Below are positions 45,201 through 56,000 of a stretch of 64,000 bases of DNA, in pieces. Position numbers and translations under genes: made by a program. The DNA comes from Candidatus Micrarchaeota archaeon (GTDB taxonomy: Archaea > Micrarchaeota > Micrarchaeia > Norongarragalinales > SBBD01), in the NCBI GenBank assembly GCA_043806595.1, contig JAZDGU010000029.1, forward strand, positions 2,548 to 66,547. The letters are read 5' to 3'. The notes below the pieces were generated by a model. The model saw only the letters and a list, made by a program, of their open reading frames with translations. It did no database searches and was not told the origin of the DNA. The first letter of the stretch is position 1. Each line of letters opens with the position of its first letter.

Positions 45201-47240
45201 GTATCCGACTATTTCCGCGGTCTCGCTCTCGAGGGAGGAGTCCTCGTTCCCGATGCGGATGTGAGCCTGTATGCGGGAGACGGAGACCGGCGGCTTGGAC
45301 AGGACGAATCGCAAATTATAGACCGTCGAGGGGGAAAGAGAGGAGGCCTTGTTCCCGGTGAGGTCGTATGCCCCCTGGAACACGAGCTTTGCCCCCGAGA
45401 GCACGCCGACGGGCATCAGCTCGAACTCCTGCTTGTTGTTGACCCCGGGCTTGACCTCGAATTCCGAGGAAAGGAGGTCGTCGTAACCCTCGGCCTCGAC
45501 CCTGGCGGCATAGAAGCCCTCGAGGATCTTGAGGGAACACGCTCCCTTCGAGGTGGTGCAGGAGCCAGTTGCGGCAAACTCGCCCATCGAGGGCGAAAAC
45601 TCGACCCGGGCGCCGTCGATGGTCTTGTTCGTGAAATGGTCGCGGACCTTGACGGAGAGCTTGCCCGGCGCGGGCATGAGTAAGACGTGAAGGAGGTTGA
45701 CGTCCTCGGACTCGCCCGTTCCTTCGACAGTGAGGAGGACGGGCAGGCTGGAGCCGTTCCTTCCCGCGGCGCTCGCAACCGCGATGACCTCGTCGAGGGG
45801 CAGGCCGTCAAATCCCGTCGTGCCGTCCGCGCTCGTGTATTTCTCCGGGACCCCGGTCGGAAGGCCGTCCAAGTAGGAAAGGGATACGTATGCGGAGGGC
45901 ACGAACTCGCCGTTCTTGTCGGTGACCTCGACGACGGCCTTCGCCGAATTGTCCTTGCCGGCCTCCTCCAGCCTGACGGAATACGATTTGCCCTTCTCTG
46001 CGTCCATGATCCTGGCGGGAAGGAAGCCGTACTTGTAGACCGTGACGTAATATGAAGACCTTTCGAGGTCCTTGAAGACGGCGACGCCGTCCGAGGGTAT
46101 TTCCTCGCTTATCTTGGCGCCTTGCGGCTCATGCAGCCAGACCGAGGGATTGGAAAGCGAGCGGTTGTCGGAATCGAAGACGGCTACCGTAATCGAGCGG
46201 AGCTGTTCCTTTGAAACCTTCCTAAGAACCGCGTCGATGCCGGTCTCGGCCTGGACCTCGGTCTCCGCGGAAAGGAAGGCAGGATATCCTGCCGCCTTCA
46301 CGGAGACGTATATGGCCGTTCCTAGCTTGATTTCCTGCGAGGGCACGCCGCCGTCCGCGCCCGACTTGAGGTTCCGGAAGATCGTCTTGCCGGTGCCGGC
46401 CTCGCTTATTTCGATTGTGGCGTTCCCAATGCCCTCGCGGGTGTCCGAGTCGGTGACGCGGATGATAACGCGGCCGTTGACCGCGGACTGCTTCGGCGTC
46501 AGGCCGAAGGGCGGCAGGGTCTTGTCGCTTGAATCGACACGCACGTCGCGCGACTCGTCGTTGAAGCCCTCGGCCTGGACGACGACCTTGTAGGCGGTGT
46601 TCTGCTGGACGTCGAACGTGACAGTAGCCCCGGTCTTGGAATCGGCGATGGGAACGTATGTAGCGGTGTCGAAGAGCCAGAAGGTCGCGGACGAGGGCGG
46701 GGGCTCGACTGAAAGCGCGAGCGAAACAGTGGTCCTTGCGGGTTCGGGCGCGAGCCTGACGGTCACGAGGTTGTTCTCCGACTTCTTGCCGACGCTAACC
46801 CTCGAGCTGGCGCCCGAGTCGAAGGTGAGGGTGGAGCCGTCGAAGCCCGCGGCGGTGAGGGTGAGCTCGGCGCCTACGGGGGCCCCGGAGAAGTAGGCGA
46901 CGCCGTCGGAGCCCGTGGTGGCCTCCATGCGCTTCATGCCGTAGGCGTTCTCGGGGTCGGCGAGGAACACCCTCGCGTCTGACACCGGCAGGCCGTCGGA
47001 TGCGAGCAGCGTGACGGTGACGTCCGCGGTCTTGGGCTCGAATGCCTTCGTGCCGCCGAGCAGAAGGAAGGCGGCCCCGCCGAAAATCAGGAGAAGGATG
47101 AGCAGGAACACGGGCAGCGAGGGAAGGCCCTTCTCCTCGAGCCAGTCCGCGGCGTCCTTGAGGGGGAGGCCCTTGTCCGCGCACCATTCGAGAAAGCCCT
47201 GCCACTTCTCATTGACGGATTCGAAGAATTCCTCGAGCAT
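36267..47240 (-). CDS. giant membrane-anchored surface protein (3657 aa) with many beta-rich Ig/CarbopepD-reg-like repeats, three Cys-rich modules and a roughly 1000-aa non-repetitive C-terminal region
   Basis: Uninterrupted 10,974-nt ORF with host-like GC3. N-terminal signal-anchor LPSLPVFLLILLLIFGGAAFLLLGG. Start set at MLEEFF (47240) because the first in-frame codon (47417) would overlap the upstream Zn-ribbon ORF. Confidence 0.75.
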   Translation of the reverse strand: MLEEFFESVNEKWQGFLEWCADKGLPLKDAADWLEEKGLPSLPVFLLILLLIFGGAAFLLLGGTKAFEPKTADVTVTLLASDGLPVSDARVFLADPENAYGMKRMEATTGSDGVAYFSGAPVGAELTLTAAGFDGSTLTFDSGASSRVSVGKKSENNLVTVRLAPEPARTTVSLALSVEPPPSSATFWLFDTATYVPIADSKTGATVTFDVQQNTAYKVVVQAEGFNDESRDVRVDSSDKTLPPFGLTPKQSAVNGRVIIRVTDSDTREGIGNATIEISEAGTGKTIFRNLKSGADGGVPSQEIKLGTAIYVSVKAAGYPAFLSAETEVQAETGIDAVLRKVSKEQLRSITVAVFDSDNRSLSNPSVWLHEPQGAKISEEIPSDGVAVFKDLERSSYYVTVYKYGFLPARIMDAEKGKSYSVRLEEAGKDNSAKAVVEVTDKNGEFVPSAYVSLSYLDGLPTGVPEKYTSADGTTGFDGLPLDEVIAVASAAGRNGSSLPVLLTVEGTGESEDVNLLHVLLMPAPGKLSVKVRDHFTNKTIDGARVEFSPSMGEFAATGSCTTSKGACSLKILEGFYAARVEAEGYDDLLSSEFEVKPGVNNKQEFELMPVGVLSGAKLVFQGAYDLTGNKASSLSPSTVYNLRFVLSKPPVSVSRIQAHIRIGNEDSSLESETAEIVGYGSGSAVVRKGTEYSREEPTATVTATPTPTPAGNAAALFLAGEDVQGYKFADFTFQPFEGTREVSVQIRTRPLSRASVNVQYRAAFYTSREILRDPVDSVAGPDALSAATNSVSLPLSFGGICEGEVCLESHFEGRGGTVSDNYAAESGETFSLKFTLAAPRGAVIELTSPADDLSLSLEEGVSGDSRARARKGDEQAISLTTSDDNAAGTFSIRAQRLSNDVPLTLQARFGESTVTRNLAARVVGTKPDLKVSYSPKSLQALADGVVTFKVSDSLGLPVKDASVVLGDGSDALRGAQVEGVYTEGRDGSASYRAEGIRPVSVGYVSFKIDAEGFKSKRGTLLVSAVRLVEVDSTALALAVESRDPQQQAFSVNNLLEDSVPVTMSLQFSQIPKYTRINVDTFSLRLKARQSGTVSLTAEIDDAVLQIAERASTVSEKINGRIRISARLGGSSQEEYVPFTVKTSFVQQELGTLWQVSSESLQFALQPPKVRSDMQSITVTNDAPYPLLVNQENTLPRIFSVEPLSVVVPSGGSAEFRVYAKAMPVDPCETEPDERNATLKLIATTQGVSSKRQLSLTYSATSSDSCSDVGSGGTVTPTPLPEPSCALTVEPSLLDEGQESSVTVAFSDFSPSPNSFEIECGNGRKVSAVSCSGESGSCSAKCRYPRAGEFTVLAVSGGVECTTAYVEVQASRPSCALTIDPSRIKEGEFTMVTANYYNLARAPNALLINCGNGRTANAAGCSGTTGTCQAKCYYEQDGTYAVQAAASGTQCSAVQVDVLKPDEDPLSEAEPQCVITADPTTLSRNQNTLLTISYYDLPKAPNVFPVNCGNGRTVTAKDCTGTTGSCSIKCSYPAAGTYKATTAAGGSPCSSDEIEVSATEALPDVGEVKNGVRLALPVELVFQFPKGTLHKENPDGTEYVELPSGDSMLFEQGAQVGDLSNLAQSPYQASYIFSLQTSAGSLAAIVPAGAFFQVPPAWARKIAVASNQRYSNRYEPYQQPMADTAWELRFPVSLFMDFEPETEFTREGSLQTATVEDFDITIPASIRLTRQRDIGQRRASLPSNTPFRIQLTPFVSSRDAYEVYFPVEAVFLPQEFVRVKRDEFNGNKALQFRSGTTISLPADAVISTDSNDFKKITIPAGSAVRMPSPFAQQDPYGRLSMMLPFRVMFRIQKDEQVSVSVAQDGFTVSSISNDRSQLSFYGVARKGLKLPDSSYSVDVLPYTQMSLGPAEFGVYGSEKEIPAGFSLSLAPNVNVRNVPTSDAKLVEFANGARMLAEGASSSAETPQGTAKLEVHAGSMLTMDRRILKASESVRGQESFTVAFPAPSVWHFPRESNLVQNRIATTSYEATFPAGFTPQTQRKDSSFDVLLAANQPITFTTVDPELAMLQGMDFEFTLPFDVGVSVPQESLLGLKTDYWKDSPMESVRLSNPVTLTLSDPQTLDRFEADATRIMSKRTTEESFGSDPLEFTIPDNTLFVLRIAPTDMAQPKERFRIKGIFSEEVTYTLPATASEVDKVSRETDFNGACLSVQISRNGRKYGLKQVRKVIFPPSFRILTSAAAPAADGQEAPAAPVEVLVPKKEETVFVLCEKQTKGSMLLITDEAFPILLEGDLTFTFNNENSHLTQSQLLCVKNEGSSNREVRLEINTPLNSGLRLSGPQGWLEGPSIVSTKGDLDHAVKSITKKGAWLKELVSMRVNERNLAGEDPCPRQSFEVEVGVPEQFLDEYGCLKPEAFEEQSVEGKLIVFGVVRQGTVPAKDAPIRISFVDTGKCLGNLGKQLSAALNGFYVNYQQGQTNAKNGEPQVLVFKDVGHKRWLSMTNNYDEDLSLSYAAKSRDGSILASCDIPQALKAGTGYIAECTAEKAGEGFIEIRSVGAISTKPEQRRVAVIVGVGGKPLDETLKEFFPSSPMGDLVPQQTLTVPVPELASTDDAKKAAQEGGTGEPAGGGAAQTAGGVFLYFETPADGAGTPENAADALLASDAGATGAQSQGKLDALAGGTMQCQTNFCTGNGEQLQDAYKGFGAKLQEFVLKFYFDEKYPKEISTFCNPSEPRLVVHNRNGFYKSIIVQSANTRVSFNELQKSVDEGLGELRDASGEKYVEDFKWDTSGGISSCGIYIVTARLGLCKSPNSFPDKKAWLRSASIEMAVNPADPTQFKACEETLANAGLLTAEDPQIIVGREQVKANTKLPYFELRKPNDAAEAKSIFDKFKLIYFGSYRGGNSELDERNAQGLISALYGSSPNLFSYSPSYSDAGYCTKRLGAVTGSVMAASAPNLVIQGIMATFGVSYALKETVMGFASTLALCGSTSVVNVGNAVFKDANTCDAANACAQGASYYLLNTFTAYIPNFGLKPAEGVSAATMRNIGQAFSAKFLGARFASEFLTFTAFSAVFSGVEYVKGDDKVVAKPDLVLPAGKAFRSILPWGSTAWMAEQGTRYYGLSMGSAYDASIGLRNGIKEAERLGLGGDLSARTITKLVAKGKAAADFHELVKVKIPPNDPVIMDAMSDMLGRDAMEELFDKLADDTLQKSLNPVDNALYQRRMEQIVTSLRGTRSTKAGSTSLWADVVDSLTAAKGPRNGNFLHSGPWPAGISSEAQYLKEETLDHVLEHLRQRGDVATGTRKPFSFKGILKAESIVPADQYDDFLRKMTAKYPRLGTVQNAMSSIPDADVKFGRGATVTDRLLSRTRTLISGGNVKSEKPIIDITRNVLKSEGDDVAKAAKTTGGFFKQFTNAGSRFKSMFAPAKIPRLVGTIVAVLGPILTYADLRPVRAELDYRYGNHVVVFNNPTLDNAPDPVTSVKEICTRDEASKTVCLNRVDANALCPRTKPFCFYFIKGPEYAGVPQYDLLTAFNGRQATQAIAESFFAASKPVQTDSFSVTEAVVTSSALPGYSALEGAGVPVSDEQSGPQTPVPLSEAATNLLARYKEWCDGYQCPPEVVKSIEEAEKLVDQGNDAGYRKALEFLNEALRAQAATSG
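42570..43400 (-). repeat. three tandem Cys-rich modules of about 85-95 aa (about 270 nt each) inside the giant gene
   Basis: Protein repeats SCALTVEPS...IECGNGRKVSAVSCSGESGSCSAKCRYPRAGEF, SCALTIDPS...INCGNGRTANAAGCSGTTGTCQAKCYYEQDGTY and CVITADPT...VNCGNGRTVTAKDCTGTTGSCSIKCSYPAAGTY. Consensus C..(T/I).P......I.CGNGR....C.G..G.C..KC.Y...G.Y. Confidence 0.6.
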
Positions 47241-47320
47241 GCGGATTATCGGAAAGATAGGGCGAAAACACTTATTTAAATACCATCGTAGCGGCCAAAT
47301 GGAAAAAATTCGCGTCCTGC

Positions 47321-47656
47321 TCAGCGGACCCTCCGCTGGAGAGGCAGGACCGAACCGCACTTCCTGCAGACCTTCTCCTTGTGCTTCCAGTTCAGTTCGA
47401 AGTCCGTGCCTCCGCACTCGGGGCAGGCGCGTATCTCGCTCTTGTGGAAGTCCATCCAGCCCTCCTTGCCGTCGCGGCCGGCGAAGGACTGGTGGGAGAA
47501 GGCGACGCGCTCGCGGCGGTCGGTCAGCTGGGGCTTGTCGTCATCGAACTTCTTCTTCTCGACGGCGGGCTTGACCTTGCGGCTGGAGCACCGCGGGCAG
47601 ATGACCGCATCCTCGGCCTCCCAGTGCAGCGAACAATTGTCGCAGGCGTATTTCAT
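47321..47656 (-). CDS. double zinc-ribbon protein (111 aa)
   Basis: CDNC...CPRC and CPEC...CRKC pairs. 80 nt upstream of the giant gene on the same strand. Confidence 0.5.
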   Translation of the reverse strand: MKYACDNCSLHWEAEDAVICPRCSSRKVKPAVEKKKFDDDKPQLTDRRERVAFSHQSFAGRDGKEGWMDFHKSEIRACPECGGTDFELNWKHKEKVCRKCGSVLPLQRRVR

Positions 47657-47701
47657 CGGAACCACGATTGTTTGGCATGGATAAAATATTATTGCTTGCG
47701 G

Positions 47702-48694
47702 TCAGCCCCCCGCGGCGGAGATCTCGCGGATGAACCGCTTCAGCCCCGAGGCGAACTTCACCCGGGGAGAAAAACGCAAGAGACGGCGCGCCTTGCCTAT
47801 GTCGTACTGGCGGTGCTCGGAAAGGGTATGAAGGTATTCCTCGGGGAAGCGTGTTTTCCTGCCGAGGAGCCGCGATCTCCACGCGTCCAGCCTCGCGGCG
47901 AGAAGCGCCATCCGCTTTGAAACGTGCTTTTTCGGGGGTTCGACGGCCAGCTCGTTGGCCACCGCCTCGAACAGCTCCCGCTGGGTGAACGACTCTCCCG
48001 AGGTTACGATGAAGTCCTCGCGCACTGCGCGCGTGCGCATCGCAAGCAGTACCGCACGGGCTAGGTCGTCGACGTGGATGAAAGAGACCGAGTTCGCACC
48101 GTCGCCGACGAGCCTCATCCTTCCCGCACGAATGCGCCCGACGACCTGCCGGAAGCCCTCCCGGAAGCCCTTCCCGTAGACAATCGGCGGCCTCAGAATC
48201 ACGTATTCGAGGGGGGAGGCGCGGAGCGCGTTCTCCGCGGCGAGCTTGCTCCTGCCGTAGGCGTTCGCCGGAAGGGGGAGGGTGCTTTCGCTGATATGCT
48301 CGCCGGGCCCGAGGCTGACGCCCCGGTAGATGGAAGTGGAGGACACGAATACGAACCGGCGCACGCCCTCGGCCACGGCGGCGTTCGCCAGCTGGGAGGT
48401 CGCGAGGTAGTTGTTCCTCACGAGCTCGTCATCCGGCGCGGAATAATCGACCTGCCCGGCGAGGTGGAGCACCGCGGACGCGCCACGGCATGCGGCGCGC
48501 AACCTCTGGAAGTTGGAGAAGTCCGAAATGTCGACGCCTTCGGCGCGCACGCCCATCGCCTTGAGGCGAGACACGCCCTGGCCCGGAAGGCAGAGCGCGC
48601 GCACGCGGACCTTGCCGCGCACGAGCGCCTGCACGACGGCAGTACCGAGCCTGCCGTCGGCCCCGGTCACCAGCACTTCGCCTTTCGCGGCCAT
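47702..48694 (-). CDS. NAD-dependent epimerase/dehydratase (extended SDR)
   Basis: Rossmann VLVTGADGRLGTAVV, catalytic YGRSK, 330 aa. Confidence 0.8.
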   Translation of the reverse strand: MAAKGEVLVTGADGRLGTAVVQALVRGKVRVRALCLPGQGVSRLKAMGVRAEGVDISDFSNFQRLRAACRGASAVLHLAGQVDYSAPDDELVRNNYLATSQLANAAVAEGVRRFVFVSSTSIYRGVSLGPGEHISESTLPLPANAYGRSKLAAENALRASPLEYVILRPPIVYGKGFREGFRQVVGRIRAGRMRLVGDGANSVSFIHVDDLARAVLLAMRTRAVREDFIVTSGESFTQRELFEAVANELAVEPPKKHVSKRMALLAARLDAWRSRLLGRKTRFPEEYLHTLSEHRQYDIGKARRLLRFSPRVKFASGLKRFIREISAAGG

Positions 48695-48703
48695 GACGGG
48701 GTT

Positions 48704-51837
<3,134 letters not shown>

Positions 51838-51841
<4 letters not shown>

Positions 51842-52944
51842 AGCGATTTCACGAAGTCGTCGAAGAGGAAATTGGCGTCCTTGGGGCCGCACGAGCCCTC
51901 GGGATGGAACTGGCAGCTGAACACCGGAAGCTCCGAGTGGCGCAGGCCCTCGTTCGTGCCGTCGTTGCAGTTCTCGAACAGCGGTTTGACGCCGTGCGGG
52001 AGGTCCTTGACGGCATAGCCGTGGTTCTGCGACGTGATGAAGATTTTCCCGGTTTCCAGGTTTCGGACGGCGTGGTTGGCGCCGCGGTGTCCGAACTTGA
52101 GCTTGTACGTCGAGGCGCCGAGGGCGTGCGCGAGAAGCTGGTGCCCCAAGCAAATGCCGAAGAACGGCAGCCTGCCCAACAGCGTTTTGATGGCGGCGAT
52201 GCTTTCCTTCAATAGCGCGGGGTCGCCGGGACCGTTGGAGACGAGCATGCCGTCGGGCTCCTCTCTCCGGATGTCGTCTGGGGAGGAGTTGAACGGGAGG
52301 ACGGTGACCGCGACATTCCGGCGAAGAAGCTCGTTGATGATGCTGCGCTTGACCCCGCAATCCAGAAGCACCGCCCGTTTCTCCGCCGCCTCGGGTAGAT
52401 ACTCAGTCTTCTTCCTGGAGGAGACCTGCTCCACGAAATTGATGCCGCCGTAGTCGTAGGAGCGGACGTTTTTCATCAGCGCGAGGACCTGCTCGCCCCG
52501 AGGGGCGGAAGCGTCGAGGGGGGCGATGGCGGCGGGCATGACGCCGCTCTCTCGGACCCGGCGGACGATGGAGCGGGTGTCCACGCCGCAAATTCCGGGG
52601 ACTTCGCTGGAGGAGAGGAAGTCGGGAAACGATGCGCCGCCGGAAGCGTGCCACTCGAAGCCGGAGACCTCGCGCGCGACTACCGCGCGCACCTGCGGCC
52701 GGTCTGATTCGAACCAGTCGCTGGAAGTCCCGTAGTTGCCCTGCAGGGGATAGGCGAAGGTGAGGATCTGGCCGGCGTAGGAGGGGTCCGTGACCGCCTC
52801 GGGATATCCAGTCATGGAAGTATTGAACACGAGCTCGCCGACTGCGGCGGAATCCGCGCCGAAGCGCCTTCCGATGTAATGGGAGCCGTCGGAAAGCACT
52901 AGCAGCGACTGCGGCGCACTAGCGTCTCGGCCTTCGGTGTCCAT
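51838..52944 (-). CDS. carA: carbamoyl-phosphate synthase small subunit (glutamine amidotransferase)
   Basis: Class I GATase triad context GICLGHQLL, N-terminal CPSase small-chain domain. ATG at 52944 (the ORF-track start is TTG at 52947). Confidence 0.92.
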
Positions 52945-52974
52945 CAAGAATCAGGATGAATAGAAGATTGGGCA

Positions 52975-52987
52975 AGTTTAAAAAATG
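52975..52987 (-). promoter_or_regulatory. TATA-like box (TTTTTTAAAC on minus strand) about 35 nt upstream of carA
   Basis: AAGTTTAAAAAATGA in the 58-bp intergenic region. Confidence 0.3.
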
Positions 52988-53005
52988 ATTGGACGGCGCG
53001 ACGCT

Positions 53006-56000
53006 TCAGAGCCGCTCGCGCAGCCTCCTGAGGGCCTCGGCGGCGGAAAACCGGGGAGCCGCCTTCACACCATCCTTCGCATTGCCCGCTTGTACGACGC
53101 CCCCGGGCGGGTTTTCGGCCCGCCGGGCGGAAATGTACACCGCGGCGCCGACAATCAATGCCAGGAGGACGAACGCCAGCCACGAATATTGCATGTAGTC
53201 GAACCCCGCACGTGCCTGCTTCTCCTTCAACAGCCGCTCGTATTCGCGCCGTATCGCGTCCTCGTCGTCGGGGTCGATTCCCATGGACTGCAGGTTCCGG
53301 ATGACCTTGAGCCGGTCCTCCGCGGAAACGTCCCCGAGGTTCAGCCTCGTCCAAACGGCTTCAATCTCGGGAGGGATATATCCGCCGTTCCAGTCCGCCC
53401 AGTCGAAGGTGGGCTCGGGGGTGGGGGTGCCGTCGGGGCCACTGGTGCCGTTGCCGCCGCCCTCGCCGTTTCCGTTACCGTTCCCGTCGGGGCCCCCGCC
53501 GGGCGGCGTTGCAGTCGGGGTTGGAGCAGCGGGGGGAGGGGTGGGCGTGGGCAGGTCGGGCGGTTCGATGATTGAGCCGGTGCCGAGGACGAATGTGAAC
53601 GCGCCCGTGCGGTTCACCGTCTCGTTCCAAGCCTCGGCGTAGGGCCCGAGGTAGTATGTGAACGTGTGCGGCGTGGACAAAACCATGAGCCCCGAATTGT
53701 CCATTTTCTCGCGGAGGGTCAGGGGGGCAGTGCCGTTCGCGAGGAGGATGACGTTCTCGACAGGCCTGCCTGAGACGTTGTAGACCGCGGCGTAGCCGGT
53801 AGCCGGCGATCCGTTGGAATACCTGAACCTCGCCTCGACGTCCCAGTCGAACCCAATCCATGCCGCGGGGTCCAGCGAATAGCGGACCGACGCGGAGCGG
53901 ATGTTGACGAAAGCCATGCTGGACTGGAACGCGAGCCGCGCGTCCAGCGCGTTTGAGGTGAAGGAGGGGCTGCGGGCGGTGATGCAGGGGCCCGAAGGGC
54001 AATCAATGGCGGAGGAGTGGTTGAAGAAAGTGGTGTTCGGGAAGACGTTCGAGCCGGTGCCCCCCCATTCCGACACTCCGTAGGCGTTGCTCCTGAACGC
54101 GTTGCTCTGGAAGACGTTCCGGTTGGACGAGCTGAGCGATGTCCCCCTCTGGGCGCCGGAGACGGAATTCAGCGAGAACAGGCTGTCCGCCGACCACACG
54201 GAAGAGATGCCGGTGCCGCCCTTCATGGCGAAGGCGTTGTTCGAGAACGTGTTGAAGCGGGAGTGGTCCGTGGAAAGCCCCACCGTCGGATCCGCGTAGT
54301 TGGCGTTGGTCGCAGTGAACCTGCAGTTGCTTATGCGCACGCCCTTCCTGCCGGAGACGTTCGCGCCGATCCGCGGAAACGACACGGAATAGCCGGCGCA
54401 GTCAAGGGACGCGTTGTCCGCGGCGAACTCGAAGCAAGGGGCGTTGCCGGGGGCCGTCACGCTCCGTGCGAGGGCGTAATTGCCGGCGGAAGAGAAAGTT
54501 GTGCATGACGAAACCTGCGAGGCGTTGGGCGGCGGGGGCGGCGCCACCGGAGTCCCGGTGCCCCAGGAGAAATTGAATATGCCGGAGCGGTTGACGGTGG
54601 TGTTCCACTGCTCGGTCCTGCCGCCGAGGGTGAAGTCGAAGCGGTGCGGAGTCTGGTTGGTCACATACGCCCAGCTCACACTGCAGCTCGTCCACCGGTA
54701 GGTCTTCTGCCTGAGGCGGAACGCCGCGGTGCCGTTGGCTCCGGTCTGGGCGCCTCCGGCTGCAGCGCCCTGCAGGTCGTGGACCAGCGCGGCGGCGTCA
54801 ACCGGCATGCCTGTAGTGGAGTTCGAAAGGTTTGCGACCGCGTGCCAGTCGACGTAGATGTACACCGGCGGGTTGCCGCCGTACGGGGCGCATAGGCACG
54901 GAATTGATACCTTGGGCTCGCCGGTCAAGGCGTTGAATATCGTAATGTTGGAGGTGAGGGTAGAACTGACGTCTATCCTGTTGTTGAGGAAAGAACAGTT
55001 GTTGATATCAATGGTGGTCAAAGCTAGCACTATGGCCTTCCCGGCGTTCGCGAACGAAGAGCGGGAAATCCGGCCGGTACTGCCCCAGTCATAGCCCGAA
55101 AGCGCATAGGAGTCGTAGTCCGTGAAATCCGAAAAGGTGTTCAGGTCGATGGTGACCGACGACACTCTAGAGACATGCAAGCCGTTCTGCCCGCCCGTGA
55201 AATGATTCCCCGTAAGATTGACGCCAGAGGACCGGTAGATAAGGCCGCTATTTCTTCCTCCGGAAACGCGGTTGCCCACGAACGCGAGCGCGTTGATGTT
55301 GCTGAAATTCAGGCCCGTTGTCTGCGATTTCAGCGAGAGGTTGTTCGCGGTCGCAGTCAAGCCCGTGACGTTGACGAAGTCGAGCGCGTAGGAGTATGTT
55401 ATGTTGGCTGAGGCAGAGAGGTTGCAGTTCGATACCGAGACGTTGCGCCGGTTGTTGGCCCTCACACCGACGTTGTAGTATTCGGCTTTGAATCCCGCGC
55501 AGTCGAGATGGACGTTGTCCGCGGTGATGGTGAAGCACGTCCCGTAATCGGAGGACACGTCGCGCACGAGGACGTAGGAGCCCGGCGCGCCCAACGTCCC
55601 GCAAGCATACACTGGGATGCAGGGCGGGTTCTGCTGAGTGCAGTCCGGGGATTCGAGGACGTTGACTGCTGCCACGCCCGAAACCGCACCGAGGCGCGCC
55701 GTGACCGTGCCATTCGAGGGGGTAGCGCCCGCGGTGAAGAGGCCGGATTGGGTGACTGAGCCGGTGGTGGAGGACCACTCAAGCGGGGGGCAGGCGACGT
55801 TCGACCCGCATTCGTTCGTGCAGGTGGCGGTGAACTGCTGGCTCGCGTTGACGAGGACGTTCGCGGGATCGGGGCTAACGGAAATCCGCGTGATCGCCGG
55901 CTGGGATCCGCCGACGCCGGTGAAACCGTAGTAATTCGTCATGACCAGCGCCCCTCCGGCGATCGCGGCACCCGCTCCATCAGAGGGATTGGAGAGCTGC

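Noticed and set aside
47241-47417. Extending the giant ORF to its first in-frame codon at 47417 (3716 aa).
   Set aside because: The extension would overlap the upstream Zn-ribbon gene (47321-47656) on the same strand. The extra 59 residues are Arg/Pro-rich and non-protein-like. The Met at 47240 is followed directly by a sensible cytoplasmic segment and the TM anchor.
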